Source: an uncultured Thermodesulfobacteriota bacterium
Lineage (GTDB): Bacteria > Desulfobacterota > Desulfarculia > Adiutricales > JAFDHD01
DNA: 27,326 nucleotides
NCBI GenBank assembly: GCA_964629485.1
Contig: CAZVRN010000001.1
Span: 1-27,326, forward strand
Direction: 5' to 3'
Numbering within the stretch: the stretch's first letter is position 1; each line of letters starts with the position of its first letter. The notes under the pieces are model-generated. The model made no database searches. It was given only the letters and a program-made list of their open reading frames with translations, and was not told the DNA's origin. Below, piece after piece: positions 1 through 6,953 of this stretch. The position numbers and the translations under genes are program-made.

Positions 1-150
1 ACCGCCGACCCTGCTCTATAACTCCGTTAACATCAACCCATGAAGAAGTTTCATGAAAAATGAAAAAAACGGCTTGACCCTGAGCGGGCTGGGGAACCAG
101 GCCGTGAGAATGCTGTAACTCCGAAGGCTTCAATACCAGGCAGGCTGCTG

Positions 151-1041
151 TTAAACCCTCTCTATGCGGGCAGTCCCGAAAAGCCCGTAAGGACGTATGA
201 AAAGCACTATTAACATCAGAATATAGGTGGCAACATCCTTGAAGCCGATCAGCCCCATGGGTTCTATGTAGGCGGCTACAAGGGTTTCAAATATTCCGAT
301 TATGATTCCGGCGACTAAAGCCCCGGCAACACTATTGATCCCCCCGATGATAACCACGGGGATGGCCCTGAATCCCACCAGTGCTGATGAAGGAGAGAGA
401 ATCCCGAAGTTAGATATCATGACCCCGGCAACGGCTATGCAGCTTGAGCTAACCCCCCAGCTTATCAGTAGAATAAAGCGGGCATTGATGCCAAAGGCCG
501 TGGCTTTGGCCTGGTTCTCTGAGACAGCTCGAATGGCTAAACCCCAACGGGTTCGAAAGAGAGCAGCCATAACTAAAGCAAATGTTAATAAAGATAAAAT
601 CCCGGCCCAGATTTGTTCCGACAGGTAGAACAAACCTCTTGCCTCCAGCTTGATATCCGGCAAACCTAAAGGCTGCCAGCCTGGAGAGCCGGCATAGTTA
701 AGAGTGAAATTAATCAATGCGCTCAAAAAGAAATATAACCCGAGGGTTACCTTGGTCATTAATATTGGATCCAGGCCAAGGAGAGGCTTGATGGTCAGTC
801 GTTCAATGATCGCCCCCATGGCTCCGGCAGCCAGTAATCCTAAGGGCAGGGCCAGAAGCAAGGGGAGGTTAAAAGCGACAAACATTGTATAAAAAAGATA
901 TGAACCAATGACGAGAAATTGTCCGACGGCGAAATTAAATGCTTCTGAAGCCTTGTATATTATAACAATGGAAAGACCTAAAAGGGCGTAAATGAAGCCC
1001 ACTAACGTTCCGGAGCCGATGGCCTGAATAAAATCGATCAT
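151..1041 (-). CDS. Branched-chain amino acid ABC transporter permease (LivH-like)
   Basis: 296 aa, hydrophobic throughout. N-terminal 'G..YALLGLSIVIIYKASEAFNFAVG', the EAA-like loop 'TRWGLAIRAVSENQAKATAFGIN', and the C-terminal 'VLFIRPYGLFG' are typical of LivH-family permeases. Confidence 0.9.
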   Translation of the reverse strand: MIDFIQAIGSGTLVGFIYALLGLSIVIIYKASEAFNFAVGQFLVIGSYLFYTMFVAFNLPLLLALPLGLLAAGAMGAIIERLTIKPLLGLDPILMTKVTLGLYFFLSALINFTLNYAGSPGWQPLGLPDIKLEARGLFYLSEQIWAGILSLLTFALVMAALFRTRWGLAIRAVSENQAKATAFGINARFILLISWGVSSSCIAVAGVMISNFGILSPSSALVGFRAIPVVIIGGINSVAGALVAGIIIGIFETLVAAYIEPMGLIGFKDVATYILMLIVLFIRPYGLFGTARIERV

Positions 1042-1105
1042 AAAGACCTGATTAACCCAAAGTAAGTTTGCTGAGAATGACCGCTGAGACCTCTGCTGGA
1101 TTCGT

Positions 1106-2830
1106 TTAATCTCTCTCCCGTGTCAATTCGGAGATGGTCGAAATTTGAGAACGGATATCCTGCCTGAGCCGGTTTATGTCGCTTAGTACGGCGTCTATTT
1201 TTTCTTCCCAGATTTTTGTCAGTTCCCCTTTGAGAGATTTTAATATTTTTTTGGCCGCCGCTTCGGAACGTTTTTTGCCGCGGCGGTAGAAACGAAAGGC
1301 GAAAAAAAGATTGAGCAGGGCGAAGCTGCTCAGGGCGGCCAGCCCCCTGGAACTGAAAATAGTCTCCACGCTTGCCGCGATCAAACCGATAAGGCTGGAA
1401 ATTCCGGGATTGTCGAGAAGTCTTTGCCATGCCTCCTGCCCGCCGATGGCAAATAAAAAGAAAACCAGGATGAGCAGATATGTGACGGTTTGCAGAATCT
1501 TGTGACCCCAGAACCGGGGTTGACCGCCTTCCGCGAGCCACATGGCGCTAAACCGGGTGAAATGGTCCTTCAATTCTTCCATTATTTTTGAAATATCAAA
1601 AGCCTCTTCTAACTGCTCCCTGGCTGCTGAGGGTAAATTATGGTGAAGCATGAGGCGGCTGAGCCTGTCCTGAAGCCACTGAAGCCGCCTTTGAAAGAAG
1701 ACTGCAATTTCATCCGGAATTGAAATAGCGGCAACCCCTGATTGGGGTCTTTCCCCCTGCGACCGTTTTGACCACCCCTGAAAGAGAAGGCCGACCAGAT
1801 AGCCGGGGCCGATAAGCTGGGCCGGCTCCCATTGTTCCAACAGAATATGCGGTTTGATGTAATTATTTAACCATAAGTCAAACGCTTCCTCCCCGGACTT
1901 AACCCAGGCCGGACGCTGTTCATTTACCTCGGCGAGGGTGCTTTCAAGAATTTTTTCAAATGTCTCCAAATTCGATATTTCCCGCTGAAATACGGAGAGA
2001 AGCCGCTTAACCTCAACGTCCAGGTTGGCCGTCTTGATGGCCGCGATTTGTTTCATGTCCCTTTGCTGAAAAATCTGGTTTCTGAACGCGGGGAACTGGT
2101 TCCATGGTTCCGGAGGCTCGGAATCCAGGATTTTTTTGGCCGAAATCACAAAGAGAAGCGGTTCCTCAATTCCGTTGTCACGGATAAGGTCCTGATAGCT
2201 TTTTGCAACCCGCCCTAGCTCCTCATAACCATTGCCGCCGGTCTCGTGCGAGAAAAAGATGTCTGCCTTGTTCAGGACAAAATAAAAATTCTGCCTGGCC
2301 TTGGGCACCATCCGCATAAATTCGTATGTGATTTTATCCGCGTATTTCTCCGGGGAAGTGACCCAGACCAATACATCCAGGTACTCCAGAAAATTAAGAA
2401 CACGCTCCCTGTGCGCGGCCATGAGGCTGTCGAAATCCGGGAGGTCGCACAGCAGGATGTGCCGGATGGCGTCGGCTTCATGCGTAATCTCTGACCAGGG
2501 AACGTCCTTTAACGCTGGACCCGGGATTTGATTCATGGCCGCGTGCCTGTAAATAAGAACCTGGTCGGTATGGGGCCGCCGGTCACTGGTGGAGGCTATC
2601 TCAGAACCGGCCAGGGCGTTCATCAGAGATGATTTGCCCACGCCGGTTCCGCCGAGCAGGCCGATTGTGAGTCTGCTGCCTTCAAGATCGGCCAGGTTCT
2701 GTGAAAGCTTGTTCGCCTTGGCCTTGAATTCTTCCTGTTCCTCAGGCGACAGGGAAAACAGGGCGGGCTGATCTAAAAGATCACGCGCCTGGTCAAGCTT
2801 ATGCGCAAGCTGCTGAATGGGATGTTTCAT
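1106..2830 (-). CDS. Dynamin-like / Era-like GTPase with two C-terminal transmembrane helices
   Basis: G1 GGTGVGKS, G2 RPHT, G3 DLPDFDS, VTSPEKYAD and G4 NKAD, followed by a long helical region. Two hydrophobic segments (VTYLLILVFFLFAIGG; GLAALSSFALLNLFFAF) are followed by basic RFYRRGKKR. Start overlaps the upstream gene's stop by 4 bp (ATGA). Confidence 0.8.
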   Translation of the reverse strand: MKHPIQQLAHKLDQARDLLDQPALFSLSPEEQEEFKAKANKLSQNLADLEGSRLTIGLLGGTGVGKSSLMNALAGSEIASTSDRRPHTDQVLIYRHAAMNQIPGPALKDVPWSEITHEADAIRHILLCDLPDFDSLMAAHRERVLNFLEYLDVLVWVTSPEKYADKITYEFMRMVPKARQNFYFVLNKADIFFSHETGGNGYEELGRVAKSYQDLIRDNGIEEPLLFVISAKKILDSEPPEPWNQFPAFRNQIFQQRDMKQIAAIKTANLDVEVKRLLSVFQREISNLETFEKILESTLAEVNEQRPAWVKSGEEAFDLWLNNYIKPHILLEQWEPAQLIGPGYLVGLLFQGWSKRSQGERPQSGVAAISIPDEIAVFFQRRLQWLQDRLSRLMLHHNLPSAAREQLEEAFDISKIMEELKDHFTRFSAMWLAEGGQPRFWGHKILQTVTYLLILVFFLFAIGGQEAWQRLLDNPGISSLIGLIAASVETIFSSRGLAALSSFALLNLFFAFRFYRRGKKRSEAAAKKILKSLKGELTKIWEEKIDAVLSDINRLRQDIRSQISTISELTRERD

Positions 2831-4596
2831 GCTTTAACTTCCTTCTCCAGCTTTTCTATTTCACGGCGGACCTCTTCTATGGATTTCAATGCCTCCGGGG
2901 TTGTCACCTGAGATTGAAGGCACTCTTCATACCGGTCTCGCTGGTGACGCACCACCGCCAGAAAACCTTCCTGGTAGCGTTCGGCCAGTTCATGAGCGAT
3001 TTTTCGAATTTCATTGTAAGCGAAAAGCTCCACCGCGCCCCGGGTTACAACGGGAGCCAGAGCGGAATCCAGGGCCGCGTCTATAATACTGAACCCACCG
3101 CCGAGAACGGTTTCAAGCGATAAAATAAGGACCCCCCAGAGAACAGAGGTGGAATAAATTCCCCATTCCTTGGTTTTAGGAATGCCTTTCGACAAGTCTT
3201 CAAATGTTTCTTCGAGCCAGACCACGACCTTTTCCTGCTCCTGGCCGATCCGCTCCTTAATTTCCTGATCCGTGAGGATGACGTCCGGCTGACGAAGTCT
3301 CTTGAAAAGCGGGGCTGCGTTATCGGCAGGCGATAATTCTTCAAGCACCAGGCGGTTGAATTTCTCCAGAACGGCCTGAACAGGAGAGAGGTTGATTTTT
3401 TCCTGAATTTTCAGAAGCGCCTCTTGAGAGGAACCGGGAATGCGTTCCCGGCCAAGGCTGAGAATTTTGAAAGGGGCCAGGATAATGTCTCTTAATATTC
3501 TGCGCGGTTTGGATAAAACATCGTATTTGGCAAAGAGCTTTCTGATTTCTTTTTGAAGATGCTCCCTGCTTTCCGCGGCAAAACGCGCTTTCTGCTCTTC
3601 CAGAAGATCCTGGCAAGCCTTTTGATAAAGCGCTTCAAGCCTCTTCTTCCAGGCTTCAGCCGCCTGGTTTTCTTCTTTAAGCAGACTAAGGAGCCTGCTT
3701 AGCCGATTCTTCAGATCCCCGGCCCGCCTGGAACATTCCGTCTCATGAAATTTTTTCAGGCCCTTTGTTGAAAGCAACCGGGTAAGTTGATCCTTGAAAT
3801 TGCGAAAGGACGGATCTTTTGAAATTGACGAAAACGGGTCTGAAGAAGCCCTGGGAATAAGCCACAGCCGGTCTTGATTGACAGAAATTCGATGGTTCGA
3901 TAAAGTCTGCGTCACTTCCCGGCTGGTGAGCCGCCCCTGGGCTTTATTAAGAAGAAGAAAATACGGCTTTCCTTCGGATACGATTTTTTGCAGGAACCGA
4001 TAAGGCACATCGTCTGCGTATTTTTCCTCGCTGGTGACAAAGACGACCAGATCGGACAAAAGATAGAGGTCTTCGGCGATTTGCCGGTTTTTTACTTCAA
4101 CGCTGTCCAAGTCCGGGGTGTCCGCCACGATAAGATGGGACCATTCCTCAAGGTCGTGTTCCAGGACGATCAGCCGTCCCGGGCTTCCGCTGACCGGGCC
4201 CGGGTCAAGATCCCCCAACGCACGCCGTTCAATCTTTACAGAAGGAATGGGGAAATCCCTTTCAACGGGCCAGTCTTTATAAGCGTAAATAATCGGGCCG
4301 AAAGTTTTAGGCCGCTCCATACCTGTTTCACTGAGCCGTTTCCCGCAAAAAGCATTAAACAGGGTGGATTTCCCCGTACCGGTCCCTCCGGTGAAGACAA
4401 TCCAAAGCGTCTCCATGGACAGCTTGTAATAGAAAACATCCAGCCGTTTCGGCAGGTCTTGGGCCAGCTTTTCAATTTCCCGGGCGCCCGGGGTGAGTCC
4501 GGGCCACCGGAAGCCGTCCATGAATGACCGGCCGTGGCGAGATAAATCCTGAGAATCCTGTCCTTCTTTAGGCAATGTTTTTTTCATAACACCCAT
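2827..4596 (-). CDS. Dynamin-like GTPase (paralog of the downstream gene)
   Basis: G1 GGTGTGKS, G2 RPKT, G3 DTPDLDS, VTSEEKYAD and G4 NKAQ, then a long charged helical stalk and a hydrophobic patch (VLWGVLILSLETVLGGGFSII) near the C-terminus. An alternative start is possible at 4587. Confidence 0.8.
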   Translation of the reverse strand: MGVMKKTLPKEGQDSQDLSRHGRSFMDGFRWPGLTPGAREIEKLAQDLPKRLDVFYYKLSMETLWIVFTGGTGTGKSTLFNAFCGKRLSETGMERPKTFGPIIYAYKDWPVERDFPIPSVKIERRALGDLDPGPVSGSPGRLIVLEHDLEEWSHLIVADTPDLDSVEVKNRQIAEDLYLLSDLVVFVTSEEKYADDVPYRFLQKIVSEGKPYFLLLNKAQGRLTSREVTQTLSNHRISVNQDRLWLIPRASSDPFSSISKDPSFRNFKDQLTRLLSTKGLKKFHETECSRRAGDLKNRLSRLLSLLKEENQAAEAWKKRLEALYQKACQDLLEEQKARFAAESREHLQKEIRKLFAKYDVLSKPRRILRDIILAPFKILSLGRERIPGSSQEALLKIQEKINLSPVQAVLEKFNRLVLEELSPADNAAPLFKRLRQPDVILTDQEIKERIGQEQEKVVVWLEETFEDLSKGIPKTKEWGIYSTSVLWGVLILSLETVLGGGFSIIDAALDSALAPVVTRGAVELFAYNEIRKIAHELAERYQEGFLAVVRHQRDRYEECLQSQVTTPEALKSIEEVRREIEKLEKEVKA

Positions 4597-4610
4597 GTTA
4601 AAACAAGTTT

Positions 4611-4619
4611 ACTATACCA
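4611..4619 (-). promoter_or_regulatory. Possible extended -10 promoter (TGGTATAGT) for the GTPase pair
   Basis: Minus strand reads TG-G-TATAGT, ending 14 nt before the ATG at 4596. There is no good -35. Confidence 0.3.
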
Positions 4620-4751
4620 GTAATGCCTGTGGCCGGGCCAAATAAATTTTCCAAACGTGAAAAGAAGTTCTTAAAAACCGGTTTCCCTCTTTCACTGCGG
4701 CGCCCAAGGACAGGAAAAAGCTTATGGGGGACCGGGCAGAAATGAAGATAA

Positions 4752-4825
4752 GAGACCTTTGCAAAATTTCGTCCTTTGACTGATTTGGGTCAGGCTTCCG
4801 AGTAGTCATTACAACATTATTGTCG
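4752..4825 (-). mobile_element. Miniature inverted-repeat element, copy A (diverged, one end eroded)
   Basis: GAGACCTTTGCAAAATTTCGTCCTTTGACTGA...GTCAGGCTTCCG...ACAACATTATTGTCG aligns by eye with the reverse complement of the copy at 18534-18620. Confidence 0.6.
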
Positions 4826-4840
4826 GATTATAAAATCAAT

Positions 4841-4856
4841 ATTACAAAAATGTAAT
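4841..4856. promoter_or_regulatory. Perfect palindrome ATTACA-N4-TGTAAT, candidate operator
   Basis: Read directly in the AT-rich spacer between the divergent GTPase operon and the amt remnant. Confidence 0.25.
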
Positions 4857-4928
4857 TTTAAATTCGCCGTTTCTGCTTTTATTTTTTACGGTATTATAAC
4901 TAATTGACTTTTATAATCAAATTATCGA

Positions 4929-5447
4929 ATGACAACGGGTCTTGCTCCGCACCCTTTTTATGCACCCACGGTGCCGCATCAGGCTTTCATGATTTTTCAA
5001 TGCATGTTCGCGGTAATCACCCCGGCCCTTATTACCGGGGCCTTTGCCGAAAGAATGCGTTTCGGGCCTTTATCCGCGGCCCTGATCGGCATCCTGGCCG
5101 GAGCCGGCTGTTACCTGGGTATCCTGATCAAGAACAAGTTCGGATATGACGACAGCTTCGACGTGGTCGGTATTCATGGTGTCGGGGAGGTGATCGGGTT
5201 GCTTTGCGTAGGGCTTTTAGCCAGCAGCCTGGTCAATCCCGGTGGGGCGAACGGGTTGTTTTTCGGGAATCCGGCACAACTGGTCCTTCAGCTCTTGGCC
5301 ATTTTGGTTACGATGGCTTATTCTTTTATTGGAACCTATATCTTGCTTAAACTGGTCGATCAAATTTTGGGACTGAGACTTACTGAAAGTGATGAGATTC
5401 AGGGATTGGATTTAAGCCAGCATAAAGAGGTGGCATATGAAATTTAA
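4929..5447 (+). pseudogene. amtB: Ammonium transporter (Amt) remnant: 5'-truncated, with an in-frame central deletion
   Basis: YAPTVPHQAFMIFQCMFAVITPALITGAFAERMRF (early Amt helix) is fused directly to GPLSAALIGILAG..CY..KNKFGYDDSFDVVGIHGVG...GLDLSQHKEVAY (C-terminal Amt helices). It is only 172 aa, versus about 400 aa for intact Amt. Confidence 0.85.
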
Positions 5448-5452
5448 CTGGA

Positions 5453-5503
5453 AAAACCCCTTAAGAACCAGTAATTTTTAGGACTAAGTTCTTAAGGGGT
5501 CTC
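5453..5503 (+). mobile_element. Miniature inverted-repeat element, copy E (51-bp short form)
   Basis: 13-bp perfect inverted repeat ACCCCTTAAGAAC / GTTCTTAAGGGGT. The interior GTAATTTTT-AGGACTAAG corresponds to the two ends of the longer copies. Confidence 0.65.
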
Positions 5504-5551
5504 AAAGTACCCGTTGATTTTGTTTTTAAATTACAATCACCGCAGAAGATA

Positions 5552-6307
5552 TTAACTTAAAAATCTTTTTTTCAAGCCGAGCAGCCCGACAGAACCCGAA
5601 AACAAGAGCCATATGGCGCCCGGAATGGGAACGGCTGGTATTTTTTCATAGATGACATCATTGGCGCAGTTTATGGTCCACCCGAGAATGATGGCATTAC
5701 CACCTGTGTCAATATTCAGCCCGGCCCAGTAAATATAATATAACCCGTCTCCTTCCAGCGTACCGGGCATGTCATCCGAAAAGGTTACTCCATGAAGTTC
5801 TTCCAGGTCTGTGTTGCCGGGTATGATATTTACGGGATGGTATTTTCTCGGCGTACCGCTCCAGACCCACGTGTCATTGGAATATTCGTAATAGTCAGGT
5901 TTTACAGGAGAATAGGTCCCGAGTGCTATGGGAGAACCACCCGATTTGATACCCCACAATGCCTGGCCCCCGGTAGCCGATTCATGAACCACGTAATCCC
6001 ATGTCTGGTCGGCATTAATATCGATAAAGAGGTCGCCTGCAGCTAAGTGCTGTAAAAGAGAGTTGGTATTGTCGTACCATTTCATACCGATCGCCACGTC
6101 GGTCAGTGTCGCGCCGGAAAAATCAACTCTCCCGCCTTTGAACTTAGGGACTCCGTTTTCATCTGTATTGTCTATTGAGGATGTTTGCCCGGGGTAGCCC
6201 GGCCAGTAAATGGTATTGTCACTAAATGAAACCGTGGATGCTTGCGCTTGAACAACTATAAATAATAATATAGTTAGAAAAATCGTCGCTATGGCCAATT
6301 TTTTCAT
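5552..6307 (-). CDS. PEP-CTERM / VPLPA-CTERM-type exosortase-target surface protein
   Basis: Signal peptide MKKLAIATIFLTILLFIVVQAQA, with a GGAG RBS before the ATG at 6307 (preferred over the 6349 start). C-terminal sorting signal VPIPGAIWLLFSGSVGLLGLKKRFLS (motif, TM helix, basic cluster). Confidence 0.85.
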   Translation of the reverse strand: MKKLAIATIFLTILLFIVVQAQASTVSFSDNTIYWPGYPGQTSSIDNTDENGVPKFKGGRVDFSGATLTDVAIGMKWYDNTNSLLQHLAAGDLFIDINADQTWDYVVHESATGGQALWGIKSGGSPIALGTYSPVKPDYYEYSNDTWVWSGTPRKYHPVNIIPGNTDLEELHGVTFSDDMPGTLEGDGLYYIYWAGLNIDTGGNAIILGWTINCANDVIYEKIPAVPIPGAIWLLFSGSVGLLGLKKRFLS

Positions 6308-6953
6308 CGCCAATCTCCCTTCGGTTGGCAGTAGATATTGGATAAACACTACTTTTTTAAAAATACATAATTACTAATACAGACTATATTAACGAGTTTT
6401 ATCAAGTCAATACGCCGAAAGTACTATTTTTATAAATATTTTCTCATACTTTTTTCCTAGTTTTAATCTTGCCTGGAACTTAAATTCCGCTGATTTCCCC
6501 AAATTCAGGATGTTTTTTCAGCACCAAACAGGAGGCAAAAAAGCCCGGGGTTTTGGCCTGTGCAGCCGTATTGCTTCTGCGGGAAGGGCTTCTTTTTAGC
6601 GGCCTATCCTGTGTCGAAAAAATCTGTGCTAATGACCTAACTAATTAATTTAATTAATTTTTGATAAAAGTTTCGTTCGGAGATGGCTTGATTTGTAACA
6701 GCGCCTTCATGGCCGGAAGCTGCATAATGATTGACCCCAAGCGGCTTGATGTATTACTATGCCGGGGAATCATCTGTCATGTGAGCGCAGGATCGCCATT
6801 GTCAGGCGGACAAATTTTTTGAGCGCCCTGATATAGAGCGACCAAGTGCATTAAACGGGGTGAGAGGAACTGAAAATCATTAAACCGTGCCTCTTTTCAG
6901 TGCATCCCCGCCATAGTCAAAACCATTAATTATTTTAAGGAGATGAAACGACC

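Noticed and set aside
4664-4678. GAAGTTCTTAAAAAC as a further repeat copy (likewise GAGACCTCTG near 1086)
   Set aside because: The match is too short and there is no subterminal similarity, so it cannot be distinguished from chance.
6308-6349. Upstream start (6349) for the PEP-CTERM protein
   Set aside because: The ATG at 6307 has a GGAG RBS and begins a canonical signal peptide, so the extension is unnecessary.
6858-6900. TPP riboswitch-like start (GGGGTG...CTGAAA)
   Set aside because: It lacks CTGAGA and the downstream ACCTGA/GCGNAGG core, and no thiamine gene follows.
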